Shown here piece by piece: positions 47,469 to 57,642 of a stretch of DNA of 64,000 bases. The stretch lies in contig CAWDDT010000011.1 in the NCBI GenBank assembly GCA_963801165.1, positions 256,001 through 320,000 on the forward strand. The letters run 5' to 3'. Position numbers and translations under genes: made by a program. Each line of letters opens with the position of its first letter. Positions within the stretch are counted from its first letter, which is position 1. Below the pieces are notes generated by a model that made no database searches, was not told the origin of the DNA, and worked only from the letters and a program-made list of their open reading frames with translations. Source of the DNA: an uncultured bacterium. Lineage in GTDB: Bacteria > Actinomycetota > Acidimicrobiia > Spongiisociales > UBA5794.

Positions 47469-49505
47469 ATGAAACGCCTCATCATCACCACTGCAGCCCT
47501 CATGATGCTCGTCGCCGCATGCTCGGCGGCCGACGACACCGCGACGACAACGTCGCTGGGCAACACCACACGACCGCCGATCGCGGCCCAGACGGTGTCG
47601 TACGGTCTGCGGGCGTTCAATGCGTGTGACGGCTTCCTCTCGTATGTCAAAGACCACGCCGTCGATCTGGTCGGGCCGTACGGCTTCGACAACGGGTACT
47701 GGGGTGGGCCGGTGATCATGCGCGACATGGCTATGGCCGAGACGACCGCTGCTGCCGATTCCGGCGTGGCTCCGACCGCGTCCGGAGCCGCTGCGCCGCA
47801 AGCCGGCGTTGACTATTCCGGAACCAATCTCCAGGAGCTCGGCGTCGACGAGCCCGACATCGTCAAGACCGATGGCAAGCGAATCGTCGCCATCAGCAAC
47901 AACACGCTGTTTGTCGTCGACGCCACCGGTGCGGAGCCCCGTCTTGCCGGGCGGACGACCATCGACGTGGGCTGGGCCAACGATATGTTCCTGTACGGCG
48001 ACAAGGTCCTGGTCATGGCGTACGGTGACAGCTACGCAACGCCGATGATGGATCAGCCGATCGGGGGTGACCCGGGTCGCTACGTCCCCTCTACACCAAC
48101 CACGACATTGGTCGAGATCGACATCTCCAACATCGAGCGACCTGCCGTCGAGAGAGTCATGCATGTCGACGGCTCCGAGGTCAGCGCCCGCATGGTCGAC
48201 GGCACGGTCCGTCTGGTTGTCAGCTCCTACCCCACCGGCCTCAAGTTCCAGTACCCAGACACCAATGGGCTCAAGGCCGAGCGGGATGCCGAGGCGTACA
48301 ACCGCCAGGTAGTACTCGACTCGACGATCGACAACTGGGTCCCGTACTACATCGTCGAGGACTCGAGGGGCAACGTGCTCCACGAGGGCAGCCTCCTCGA
48401 CTGCTCAAGCGCTCATCATCCCGAGGAGTTCTCGGGGATCGAGATGCTCAACGTCGTCACCATCGACATGGCTGGCCAGATGGCCGTCAAGGATGCCGTC
48501 GGCGTGCTCGCTTCCGGAAACATCGTGTACTCGTCCGACAAGGCCATGTACATCGCCTCGGAGGCGTGGCGCAACTGGAGTGCCCTCACCGACGCCGAGG
48601 CCGAGGACGCCATCAACAACCATCAGACGGACATCCACAAGTTCGATATCAGTAATCCCGACAAGACGACCTATGTGGCCACCGGACGGGTCGACGGGTT
48701 CATGCTCAGCCAGTGGTCGATGGATGAGTATCAGGGCAACCTCAGGGTCGCCACCACCTCGTCCCCGGATTGGTGGTCGGGAGCCACCCGCAACGCGGAG
48801 AGCTTCGTCACCGTGCTCGAGGAAAAGAACGGCGAGCTGGCCGAGGTCGGGCGGGTCGGTGGCCTGGGCGACGGGGAGCGGATCTACGCAGTGCGATTCT
48901 TCGACGACGTCGGTTACGTGGTGACGTTCCAGCAGACCGATCCGCTGTACACGATCGACCTGTCCGATCCCGCCAACCCTGCGGTCGTCGGCGAGCTCGA
49001 GCTGCTCGGCTACTCGGCCTACCTGCATCCGGTCGGCGATGGGCTGTTGCTAGGGGTCGGTCAGGATGCCACCGACGAGGGCCGGACGCTGGGCACCCAG
49101 GTCTCGCTGTACGACGTGAGCGACCCGGCGCACCCGACCCGGATCCAGAATTACACCTTCGACAACGGGTACTCGAGCGTCGAGTGGGATCACCACGCCT
49201 TTCTCTACTGGCCACAGACCGGTCTGACCGTGATCCCGGTCTCCGCCTACAACTGGGACGAGAAGACGGGAGCCGAGAGCGGTTTCGTCGGAGCTGTCGC
49301 TCTGCGCGTCACCAAGGACGGCATTGAGGAAATGGGTCGCATCACCCACACGCCAGACGGTGTCGATTCACCCGACTACTGGGGACCCGGCATCGAGCGG
49401 TCAATGGTCATCGGCGACAGCCTCTACACCTACTCGAACGACGGGATCCTCAGAAGCGATCTCGACACTGTCGAACCCGGCGAGTTTGTGAACTTCTGGT
49501 CCTGA
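47469..49505 (+). CDS. Secreted beta-propeller domain lipoprotein (Beta_propel PF09826-like)
   Basis: Lipobox VAAC and YSGTNLQELGVDEPDIVKTDG, SMDEY.GNLRVATT, GERIYAVRF, VTFQQTDPLY and GYSAYLHP motifs. Confidence 0.88.
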   Translation: MKRLIITTAALMMLVAACSAADDTATTTSLGNTTRPPIAAQTVSYGLRAFNACDGFLSYVKDHAVDLVGPYGFDNGYWGGPVIMRDMAMAETTAAADSGVAPTASGAAAPQAGVDYSGTNLQELGVDEPDIVKTDGKRIVAISNNTLFVVDATGAEPRLAGRTTIDVGWANDMFLYGDKVLVMAYGDSYATPMMDQPIGGDPGRYVPSTPTTTLVEIDISNIERPAVERVMHVDGSEVSARMVDGTVRLVVSSYPTGLKFQYPDTNGLKAERDAEAYNRQVVLDSTIDNWVPYYIVEDSRGNVLHEGSLLDCSSAHHPEEFSGIEMLNVVTIDMAGQMAVKDAVGVLASGNIVYSSDKAMYIASEAWRNWSALTDAEAEDAINNHQTDIHKFDISNPDKTTYVATGRVDGFMLSQWSMDEYQGNLRVATTSSPDWWSGATRNAESFVTVLEEKNGELAEVGRVGGLGDGERIYAVRFFDDVGYVVTFQQTDPLYTIDLSDPANPAVVGELELLGYSAYLHPVGDGLLLGVGQDATDEGRTLGTQVSLYDVSDPAHPTRIQNYTFDNGYSSVEWDHHAFLYWPQTGLTVIPVSAYNWDEKTGAESGFVGAVALRVTKDGIEEMGRITHTPDGVDSPDYWGPGIERSMVIGDSLYTYSNDGILRSDLDTVEPGEFVNFWS

Positions 49506-49520
49506 ACTCCGCCGATATCG

Positions 49521-49557
49521 GAAGGGGCGGTCCCGCAACTGTGGGACCGCCCCCTTC
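49521..49557 (+). terminator. GC-rich hairpin terminator
   Basis: gaaggggcggtccc...gggaccgcccccttc, just after the beta-propeller gene stop. Confidence 0.7.
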
Positions 49558-49619
49558 TCGATCTCGATCACAGCAATAGCGGGGGAGGAAAGCTCTGCCA
49601 CGTGCCACAATGAGCCGCC

Positions 49620-51062
49620 ATGCGGGAGAGAACCAGACCTACCTGGTGGGGCGGACATGCCCACGTGGTGTTCACGATTGTCGTGTTCGTGACGCTGGCC
49701 TCGCTCGACAACGCGGCCCTGGCGACGATCCCCGCGATGACGGATCCGATCAAGGTGACCCTGGATACCTCGACAACCGCAATCGGCATCCTCATTGCAA
49801 TGGTCATCCTCATCACAGCTCTCAGCGCAGTCGCCTGGGGCTATTGGGGCGATCGCTCCGACCGAAAGCGGCTTCTCTTCTGGGGGACACTGGCCTGGGC
49901 AACAGGTTGTCTGCTCTCCTCGACAGCCGTCACCTACTGGCAACTCTTTGCGTGGCAGTTTGTCACCGCAGTCGGGCTCGGCGTCATCGCGTCGGTCGGT
50001 TTCTCGGTGATCAGCGACTTTGTGTCTCCACGCAGGCGCGGGCTGGCCATGAGCTTCTGGGGTCTTTCGCAGGGCGCCGGAGCAATCCTCGGCGGCCTGC
50101 TTGCCAGCCAGTACGGAGCCGATGATTTCGCCACGGCCTTCCGGGTTATCGCCCTTCTCGGGTTGGCTACGGCCGGGTTGTATCTCTTCACGTACAACCC
50201 GCCGCGGGGAATGCGCGAACCGGACCTGGCTCAGCTTCACGAAAGCGGAGGTGAGTACGAGTACCGGATCTCGCTAGACCAACTCCCCACGATTTGGCGG
50301 CGACGTACCAACGTGTGGTTGATTGTCCAGGGCATCAGCGCTCAGGTCGCTTACGGATCACTCGTATGGGGGACTCTGCTCTACCAGGAGAAAGTGCTCG
50401 CTGCAGGGTATGACGCAAAGACCGCCACCAAGGTCGGAGGAATCCTGGCCGCCATGTTTCAGATCAGTGGCGTGCTGTCCATAGTGGCGGGGCACATCGG
50501 GGACAGGCTGCAGCTCAGGACTCTGAAAGGGAGGGCAATCGTGTCCACCGTGGGCATCCTGGGCGGCATTCCATTCTTCCTGATGTTCTTCTTCATTCCG
50601 CTGCGAGGTCTCAACGTGACTGCCGGAGCGGATTCCGTCACGCTCGCCGTCGAGGTACTGAAAAACCTCGTCACCAACGGTTGGGTCGCGGCCGCGTTCC
50701 TGACATCGCTGCTGGGCATTGCCTTCTCCGGTGCCGATTCACCAAACTGGTACGCGCTTATGTCCGATGTCAACCTCCCAGAACACCGCGGAACGGTGTT
50801 CGGTGCAGCCAATCTCGCCAACGCGTTCGGTCGCGCCCCGGGATCGGCACTCGCTTCGAGTGTCGCCGGAGCGCTCGAGCGGTCCATTGCCCCGCCGCTG
50901 AATTGGGCAGTGTCTCTCTCAATCTTCCAGGTGTTCTTCCTGCCCACCGGGTATTGCTACTACCGCGCCGCCAGAACTTCGCCGGGCGACATACAAGAGG
51001 TGCGGTCCATCCTGAGCCGGCGCTCGCGGAAAATCACCGAATCGGGGCATCCCGACGGGTAG
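49620..51062 (+). CDS. MFS transporter
   Basis: About 12 TM helices; WGYWGDRSDRKR (motif A), ISDFVSPRRRG and DVNLPEHRG. Confidence 0.9.
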   Translation: MRERTRPTWWGGHAHVVFTIVVFVTLASLDNAALATIPAMTDPIKVTLDTSTTAIGILIAMVILITALSAVAWGYWGDRSDRKRLLFWGTLAWATGCLLSSTAVTYWQLFAWQFVTAVGLGVIASVGFSVISDFVSPRRRGLAMSFWGLSQGAGAILGGLLASQYGADDFATAFRVIALLGLATAGLYLFTYNPPRGMREPDLAQLHESGGEYEYRISLDQLPTIWRRRTNVWLIVQGISAQVAYGSLVWGTLLYQEKVLAAGYDAKTATKVGGILAAMFQISGVLSIVAGHIGDRLQLRTLKGRAIVSTVGILGGIPFFLMFFFIPLRGLNVTAGADSVTLAVEVLKNLVTNGWVAAAFLTSLLGIAFSGADSPNWYALMSDVNLPEHRGTVFGAANLANAFGRAPGSALASSVAGALERSIAPPLNWAVSLSIFQVFFLPTGYCYYRAARTSPGDIQEVRSILSRRSRKITESGHPDG

Positions 51063-51094
51063 GGTCGGGTCGAGATCGAGTCCTCGGAGGGGCA

Positions 51095-51808
51095 ATGGTT
51101 CGCAAGCTCGCCATCATCAGTCTGCTCGCCGGAGCTCTGGTCGCCCTGGTGCCCGGATGGGCATCGGCTTCCGTCACCGGTGATTGCACCGGACAGGCCA
51201 CCATAAAAGGGGCGACCTACACCCCGGCAAACGACACCGCCGGCAATGCTATCCCGATTCCGAACGAGGATGGCGTCCAGGTCACATACTCCGGGTCGGT
51301 GGGATTCGAGAACAAGGATCACTCTGGGGAGGCGAAGGTCCAGGTGGGCCCGTTTGCCATCAAGCTCGGTGACTGGGGTGGGGCAAACGACGAGGACACT
51401 CGGAGTGTCGAGAACAAGGTCTATCAGCTCGACGACTTCCGGGACAAGCTGCCCATCTGGATTCCCGGCGTGTGGAAGGTGACCGCCACCCACTCGGCGT
51501 CCGGCGGCGAGTGCTCCGGATTCGCCATGGTGAAGCTCGACGGCAACCCGCTGAGCAACCCGGTCGGTCTCGTGGTTCTCGTCGGCCTGCTCGGCACCGC
51601 ATTCTGGGCCGTGATGTCAATCATCGGCGGCCGCAAGGTCTCATCGGTCATCGCGGCACTCATCTTCGGGCTCTTCCTGTCCCTGGCCTTGATGATGTGG
51701 AGCGTGCGACCACTCGACACCCTCACCACGGCGGTGATACCCATCGCGCTTGCGGTTCTGGCCGGCGTAATCGCCACGCTAACGGGTCCCCGCGGCATTC
51801 CGCGTTGA
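51095..51808 (+). CDS. Hypothetical secreted-domain membrane protein
   Basis: RBS ggagg before ATG 51095; signal peptide ending ASA, two Cys, and three C-terminal TM helices. Confidence 0.65.
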   Translation: MVRKLAIISLLAGALVALVPGWASASVTGDCTGQATIKGATYTPANDTAGNAIPIPNEDGVQVTYSGSVGFENKDHSGEAKVQVGPFAIKLGDWGGANDEDTRSVENKVYQLDDFRDKLPIWIPGVWKVTATHSASGGECSGFAMVKLDGNPLSNPVGLVVLVGLLGTAFWAVMSIIGGRKVSSVIAALIFGLFLSLALMMWSVRPLDTLTTAVIPIALAVLAGVIATLTGPRGIPR

Positions 51809-51882
51809 CGCCGCAATGGGCTGACAGATCCATAAAGTCGGGCCTGTAACCGCGCCGATAACCGGGGTGGAGGTTGATCGGA

Positions 51883-53127
51883 ATGGTGTCACAACTCCTT
51901 TTCTTCGCCATCGCCGCTGCAGCGGCCCTCGGCATGATGCTCCGCTGGTTCGGTGAGTCGCACGGCCATTCCCGCCGGATCGCCATGGTCCCCCACCGCA
52001 TCCACGTCAACGGCATCAGGGGCAAGTCGACCGTAACCCGGCTGATCGCCGGCATGCTGCGCGAGGCGGGGATGTTCACGGTCGGCAAGTCGACCGGCAC
52101 CTTCGCCGCGGTGATAGACCCCGATGGGCAGGACCGCCCCATCGATCGGAGCGGCTCCCCGACCATCCTCGAGCAGATTCAGGTTGTGCGGGACTGGGTC
52201 ACACCGTTTGTCGACGCCGTAGTGATGGAGTGCATGGCGATCGACCCCCGCTACCAGAAGGTCAGCGAAGATCGGATCATCAAATCGACGATCGGTGTCA
52301 TCACCAACGTCCGCGAGGACCATCAGGACGTTATGGGAGAGACACTCCCCGAGATCGCCCGCGCACTCATGTCGAGCTGCCCGAAGAACGGCATCCTGGT
52401 CACCGCCGAGCAGAACCCCGAAATCCTCGACATCATGTTCGAGGAAGCACGCAAACGTCACACCAGCCTGATCGTCGCCGACCCCACCAAGGTGCGGTCG
52501 GATGAAGTCGCTGCCTTCGACTACATCTCCTTTGAAGAGAACATCGCCATAACACTTGCAGTCGGCGAACTGCTCAACATCCCACGCCACGTCGCCATGA
52601 TGGGGATGGTGAAGGCTCCCGCCGATCCCGGAGTGCTCCGCATCGAGCGCTACGAGATCGCTGACAAGAAGGTCACCTGGGCGAACCTCTTCGCAGTGAA
52701 CGACCGGGAGTCGATGGCGGCCGCGATGGCCAAGCTCGACCCGTACGTGAGCGACAAAACCATCTCGGTCGGCATCCTCAACAACCGGCACGACCGCCAG
52801 CGCCGGGCTGTGCAGTTTGCCGACGTCGCCGTCAACGACCTGAAGTTCGACCGGCTCGCCACCTTCGGAGCCTACGAGGACCTCGTCTCCAACATCGTCC
52901 TGCGCAACGGCTACCCCAAAGAGCATCTGATCAACCTCGGCGAACAACGCAACCCGACCATCGAGGAGATCATCGACCAGCTCGTCGCCAGGATCCCAAG
53001 CAACGACGTGCTGCTCGTCGGATTTGTCAACATCCACACCGACCAGGCGGAGATGCTGCTCGAGTACTTCGAGCATGCAGACGCGCAACCACAAGCGCCG
53101 CATCGGCGCCTTATTGCAGTGGCGTAG
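51883..53127 (+). CDS. pgsB: Poly-gamma-glutamate synthase PgsB/CapB
   Basis: RIHVNGIRGKSTVTRLI, GKSTG, EQ, VMECMA, VITNVREDHQDVMG, DPG and NLFAVND motifs. Confidence 0.92.
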   Translation: MVSQLLFFAIAAAAALGMMLRWFGESHGHSRRIAMVPHRIHVNGIRGKSTVTRLIAGMLREAGMFTVGKSTGTFAAVIDPDGQDRPIDRSGSPTILEQIQVVRDWVTPFVDAVVMECMAIDPRYQKVSEDRIIKSTIGVITNVREDHQDVMGETLPEIARALMSSCPKNGILVTAEQNPEILDIMFEEARKRHTSLIVADPTKVRSDEVAAFDYISFEENIAITLAVGELLNIPRHVAMMGMVKAPADPGVLRIERYEIADKKVTWANLFAVNDRESMAAAMAKLDPYVSDKTISVGILNNRHDRQRRAVQFADVAVNDLKFDRLATFGAYEDLVSNIVLRNGYPKEHLINLGEQRNPTIEEIIDQLVARIPSNDVLLVGFVNIHTDQAEMLLEYFEHADAQPQAPHRRLIAVA

Positions 53128-53139
53128 GGACCGGGTGTA

Positions 53140-54294
53140 ATGCACGACTACCTGTTCGACATCAACACGGTGAGGTTTGCGTTCATTGTGGGCGTGCTGG
53201 CGTCGATCATCGTCTACGAGCGCTACCACATCACCACCGGGAGCATCATCGTGCCCGGCTACGTCGCCGTCTTCGTGCTGCAACCGCTGGTACTCCTCGT
53301 CACCCTCGCCAACGCGCTTTTTGCGTTCTGGTTCGTCAACCACGTACTGGCGAGACGGTTCCTCTTCGACATCCGCAACAAGTTCTCGACAATCATGATG
53401 ATTTCGGCGGCGGTGCAAGTTGTGTGCATCAAGGCGACCCCATCGACGCCCTACCTGTGGGAATCCAGCGTCCCGCTGCTGGTGGGTGTCGGCTACCTGG
53501 TCCCGGCACTCATCGCACACGATTTCGGGCGGCAGGGCATAAAGCTGACCCTACGGGCGGTGGGGATGGCAGCCGCTCTCGTGGCCGTCCCGATGACTCT
53601 GGCAGTCATGTTCTTCCCCGACGTTGCCGCCCACGGCTCGCTGACAGGTTACGGCGTGCTCGCCTTCCCGCCGGAATGGATTCCGATGTCGGTGCTGATG
53701 TCCGCCGCCGCGGCGTGGGCGCTTCAATACAACTTCGGGTTCCGCGCCGCCGGATACGTCGGTGCGGCCTACCTGGCGATGTTGACCACCAGCCCGATCA
53801 ACCTGCTCTTCCTCGGTGTCATCGGGTTCGCCGCCTGGCTGCTCGTGACCAGGGTCTTCATGCGGTCGATGATCCTCTTCGGCCGCAGGAAGTTCGCCTT
53901 GATGATGGTGACGGCGAGCATCCTCTCCTGGGTGGGTGTGTGGATCTCGACGTCGGTGTTCGACGTGAGCGTCGCGGCTTACGAGTCGATGGCCACAGTC
54001 GCTCTTACACCGCTATTTGTGCCTGGTCTCATCGCCAACGACATGGAGAGGGTGTCACCCTTGTTCGTCTTCACCGGGATGGTGTTCTCCGTGTCGTTCG
54101 TACTCACCACTACCTGGCTGGTGGTCACCGCGGTCACCGGGTACTACGGCGGTTGGGTGCCCGAGCCGATGGCGATTGCCGTTGCCGTGACCAGCGGTCT
54201 CGTCATATTCGGAAACCAGTTCGTGATGCTCGGCAAGTACGTGTGGGCCGCTGCCCGCAGACGACTGCTCGCGCCGTCACCGGCGCGCACGTAG
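53140..54294 (+). CDS. pgsC: Poly-gamma-glutamate biosynthesis protein PgsC/CapC, tandem-duplicated form
   Basis: Two CapC-like halves: TTGSIIVPGYVA...VGYLVPALIAHDFGRQG and AAGYVGAAYLA...ILFGRRKF...FVPGLIANDMER. Confidence 0.8.
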   Translation: MHDYLFDINTVRFAFIVGVLASIIVYERYHITTGSIIVPGYVAVFVLQPLVLLVTLANALFAFWFVNHVLARRFLFDIRNKFSTIMMISAAVQVVCIKATPSTPYLWESSVPLLVGVGYLVPALIAHDFGRQGIKLTLRAVGMAAALVAVPMTLAVMFFPDVAAHGSLTGYGVLAFPPEWIPMSVLMSAAAAWALQYNFGFRAAGYVGAAYLAMLTTSPINLLFLGVIGFAAWLLVTRVFMRSMILFGRRKFALMMVTASILSWVGVWISTSVFDVSVAAYESMATVALTPLFVPGLIANDMERVSPLFVFTGMVFSVSFVLTTTWLVVTAVTGYYGGWVPEPMAIAVAVTSGLVIFGNQFVMLGKYVWAAARRRLLAPSPART

Positions 54295-54693
54295 CCGTCG
54301 CGCCTCCAGCCGCGCACCCTCCAGCAGGTAGAGAACCGGGAGCGGTCCGACCATGAAGATGGCGCCGCCACCGATGTTGGCCCCACTCGAGGCGGCGGTA
54401 ACGATCCGGCCACCAACGGCAACGAGGACCCCGGCGAGCAAGAGGCGCCCGTAGACCTGCCACCAGCCTTCGCCGATCAGCCAGGACCGACCTCCGAGCC
54501 ACAGCGACAACAAGCCGCCGCACACGATGCTCGAGACGGCCGGGCCAACCACCACCTCCACTTCTCGAGCCAACCCGGGGACCCGCAAGATGTAGTCGGA
54601 TCCCGAGCCCTCGGCCAGCTGCCCGATCAAGAACCAGACGGCCAGAGGCGTCGCCACCGTGACCACAACGGCCACGCGGTGATGGCTGCCCAT
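54277..54693 (-). CDS. Hypothetical membrane protein
   Basis: Hydrophobic; WFLIGQL and RIVTAASSGANIGGG; lies 3 bp downstream of the previous minus-strand gene. Confidence 0.55.
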   Translation of the reverse strand: MGSHHRVAVVVTVATPLAVWFLIGQLAEGSGSDYILRVPGLAREVEVVVGPAVSSIVCGGLLSLWLGGRSWLIGEGWWQVYGRLLLAGVLVAVGGRIVTAASSGANIGGGAIFMVGPLPVLYLLEGARLEARRLRARR

Positions 54694-54695
54694 CG

Positions 54696-55310
54696 CTACC
54701 TCCAGGCGGGCGCGTCGATATCCTCGGCGACCAGCCAGGGGCCGCTGGAACCGTCGAGAGCTGCCACGAGAAGACGGCCCTCGCTATCACAAACCCACGC
54801 GTACTGGCCATCGCTGGTGATCCCCTGCTCCCGGAACGCATAGCCGCGCGGTCCTTCGGCATCGATCAGTGTCACCTCACCTGTACTACCTGTGTAGGTC
54901 AACGTGACATGACCCTCCCGGGCGAAGGTGTGGAGATTCTCGTCATACCGGGGATGCGGGCCTGTGAAGTCGTCGCTCGTACCGACGGCAGTGCCGGTGG
55001 CGGGGTCGATGATCGTCGCGACACCCGTGCCCGAATCCACCCGAAGGTTGCCGTCGTCGTCCCAGCCGACCAGCCACACCCAGTCGGCGCAATACACCTC
55101 ACGGGTCGTCCCACTCGCTACATCGAGCACCTCGAGACAGCTGTCGCGGTCCTGGGTCACGTAGGCAACGGTGCCCTCTACCGTCGGCCCACCTTCGTAC
55201 AAGTTCGGGAAGGCCGGCAGGGTACGGATACCAAAGACGACCACGACTGCAAGAACAATGAAGATGACCGCCGCCGCGCCTGTGAGCCAGAGTCTCGATG
55301 CCCGGCTCAT
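54696..55310 (-). CDS. Hypothetical membrane-anchored beta-rich protein
   Basis: ATGA-coupled to the DUF2157-like gene; N-terminal TM helix, then beta-propeller-like repeats. Confidence 0.6.
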   Translation of the reverse strand: MSRASRLWLTGAAAVIFIVLAVVVVFGIRTLPAFPNLYEGGPTVEGTVAYVTQDRDSCLEVLDVASGTTREVYCADWVWLVGWDDDGNLRVDSGTGVATIIDPATGTAVGTSDDFTGPHPRYDENLHTFAREGHVTLTYTGSTGEVTLIDAEGPRGYAFREQGITSDGQYAWVCDSEGRLLVAALDGSSGPWLVAEDIDAPAWR

Positions 55311-56254
55311 GGCGTCTCCCGCCTGCGCCCGAGCCAGATCGCCAGAGCCACGATGGCCAGACCGCTGAGGAACAGCCCGAACATCCCGCCGAATGCGTCG
55401 CCGAAGAAGTGAAACATCGCCTGGGGAACGAACCAGAAGATTCCAATGCCGCCGAGGACGATCGTCGCCCTCTCCTTCAACGCAACGCCGGCGGCGGCAA
55501 AGAGCGCAGCCGATGCCAGCCCCAGCATGATGCCGAGTGCGGGGCTGTAGCCATCGATGACGATCAACTGGGATCCGTAGAGCATCGACAGGGCACCGAG
55601 GGTCATCGCAGTGACCGGAGGTTGGATCACACCCGCCCTGGCAACGAGAACCCAGGTAAGCCCGACGCCCCAGGCAACGAATCCGTAGACGAACGTTTCC
55701 GGCTCGGCGACCAGGTTGAGTGTCCACATGACGGTCGTCGTGACCGCGGCGAACAGCACCACCTGTTGGGCGGGCATGGTATGACGCCATAACATCAGTC
55801 CGCTGACCACCGCGGCAACAGCCCCGACCAGACTCCAGGCCCCCTCGGCGCTCATGCCGAGAATCGGGTCGAGCACCATGTACCCGGACCCGGCGATGGC
55901 GACAACACTGCCCGCCAAGAGCACGCTCGCCAGACGCCGCAAAGCCGGTTCCTCGCTGTCGAGGATCACTGCGCCTGCTGCAAACAGACCAACCGCGAGA
56001 CCGGCAAAAAGGGCGGCTTGCGCCAGATCGGTCAGGTTGCCCCAGAACTCCGAGACGAGGAAGAGCACCGCCCAGATCGCCAGCGCGGCGCCCACATATC
56101 CGAAGATCTCGGCCACGATGGGTATCCGCCGGCTGGTCGCATCAGAGAATCCATCGGGCGGACCTGCCACTGAATGACGCATCAGGTCGGCTTGATCCCG
56201 CGTGATGATCCCGGCGTCTAGCCATTTCTCGAGTTGCTTGTTGAGCTCGATCAT
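55307..56254 (-). CDS. DUF2157-like membrane protein
   Basis: LEKWLDAGIITRDQAD, EIFGYVG and SEFWGNL motifs. RBS aaggag before ATG 56254. Confidence 0.78.
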   Translation of the reverse strand: MIELNKQLEKWLDAGIITRDQADLMRHSVAGPPDGFSDATSRRIPIVAEIFGYVGAALAIWAVLFLVSEFWGNLTDLAQAALFAGLAVGLFAAGAVILDSEEPALRRLASVLLAGSVVAIAGSGYMVLDPILGMSAEGAWSLVGAVAAVVSGLMLWRHTMPAQQVVLFAAVTTTVMWTLNLVAEPETFVYGFVAWGVGLTWVLVARAGVIQPPVTAMTLGALSMLYGSQLIVIDGYSPALGIMLGLASAALFAAAGVALKERATIVLGGIGIFWFVPQAMFHFFGDAFGGMFGLFLSGLAIVALAIWLGRRRETP

Positions 56255-56374
56255 GACACTCTCCTTTCTCGGCCTATCGTGCCCGCCACTGTGTCTGCGC
56301 ACGAGGGGGACAATCCCCCTCGATCTCTGGGGGACGGCGCCGGGACGCAGCGCCTGCCATTAACCTCCGACGAC

Positions 56375-57220
56375 ATGCCCGGTCTGCTTGCTTTCCATGC
56401 CCACCCTGATGACGAGGTCACCTCCACCGGCGGAACCCTCGCCAGATACGCCGACGCCGGTGAGCAGGTGGTTGTTGTCACCGCCACCGACGGAGCCGAG
56501 GGCGAGGTGCACAACTACGAGAACCCCGAGGAGATCAAGCCGCGTTTGGCCGAGATCAGGAAAGCCGAGATTGCCGAGGCTCTCGGGATCCTGGGCGTCA
56601 AGCGGCACGAGTTCCTCGGATACCGCGACTCGGGGATGATGGGTGAGCCATCAAACGAACACCCCGATTGTTTCTGGAAGGCGGATTTCGAGGAGGCCGT
56701 AGGCAGGCTGGTCAGGCTCATCCGCAAGTACCAGCCCGACGTGATGACGATCTATGACCCCTTTGGCGGTTATGGCCACCCCGACCACATCCAGGTGCAT
56801 CGGGTAGGGCTCGCCGCCTACTACGCCGCTCGTGATCTCGGGCGGTACCCGCTCGAGGATGGCGAGGTCGAGTGGACCCCCGCCAAGCTGTACTGGACCG
56901 CATGGCCGCGCTCCCGGGTGCGAGCGTTTGCCGACGCTCGTCTCGAGCAGGGGGCGATCGACAAGTCAAGCCATGAGCGGATGTCGGCGGCCGGGTTTCC
57001 CGACGACCAGGTGACCGCCTGGATCGACGTCCGGGATCGTTGGAAGCAGAAGGAAGCAGCCTGGCGGGCCCATCGCAGCCAGATCCCGGAGGACTGGTTC
57101 ATGCTTCAGGTGGCAGACACACTCGAGGAGCAGATCCTCGGCCGCGAGGCCTTCGCCAGGGTGGCAACCTCGGTGACGTGCAACGAGGTCGAAGACGATC
57201 TATTCGCCGGTTTGCGCTAG
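56375..57220 (+). CDS. PIG-L family deacetylase (MshB/Mca-like, mycothiol metabolism)
   Basis: AFHAHPDDE, TDGAEGE, LGYRDSGM, YDPFGGYGHPDHIQVH and AHRSQI motifs. Confidence 0.9.
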   Translation: MPGLLAFHAHPDDEVTSTGGTLARYADAGEQVVVVTATDGAEGEVHNYENPEEIKPRLAEIRKAEIAEALGILGVKRHEFLGYRDSGMMGEPSNEHPDCFWKADFEEAVGRLVRLIRKYQPDVMTIYDPFGGYGHPDHIQVHRVGLAAYYAARDLGRYPLEDGEVEWTPAKLYWTAWPRSRVRAFADARLEQGAIDKSSHERMSAAGFPDDQVTAWIDVRDRWKQKEAAWRAHRSQIPEDWFMLQVADTLEEQILGREAFARVATSVTCNEVEDDLFAGLR

Positions 57221-57377
57221 GAGCGTGCTGACTAATTGGCCGTGAAGGGTCGCAATGTCCCGATGTCTCTAGGTCGTTGACCACGGTTCGAGCCTGAACT
57301 GGAATTCTTCAGCACCCTTCTGATCACTCATCTGGCCACACCGGCATTGCCCCACATGCCCGCTTGCCATCGGTGCC

Positions 57378-57524
57378 TCAAGCCTCGTGTTGGCCACCGA
57401 TGAACCTGATCAACTCGGCACCGGACCCGAAATTGAACCGCTCCCCGGTAGACACCGATTCGGCTACACCGCGGAGACCGCTCACCGACGGGAGACGCAT
57501 CACACGTACGACATAGGTGTCCAT
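57378..57524 (-). CDS. Small (48-aa) hypothetical protein
   Basis: MDTYVVRV...LRGVAESVSTGERFNFGSGAELIRFI resembles small beta-beta-beta-alpha proteins recalled from BTAD regulator neighbourhoods. Confidence 0.55.
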   Translation of the reverse strand: MDTYVVRVMRLPSVSGLRGVAESVSTGERFNFGSGAELIRFIGGQHEA

Positions 57525-57578
57525 GACCCCTGCAGTCGCGGGCTCATCGGAGTGGTCCCCGCCACCCCTACGGTAAAT

Positions 57579-57614
57579 GGTGGTCCGGTCATCCCCCGTC
57601 CCGACCGGACCACC
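57579..57614 (-). terminator. 12-bp perfect hairpin downstream of the SLH-like gene
   Basis: ggtggtccggtc-N12-gaccggaccacc. Confidence 0.55.
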
Positions 57615-57642
57615 ACCCCCGTTCCCTGGCACCGCCACTCAG

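Noticed and set aside
57345-57378. ttgcc/atgcc repeats as SARP/BTAD binding sites
   Set aside because: Spacing is irregular (8-10 bp) and the motif is too short to be significant in GC-rich DNA.
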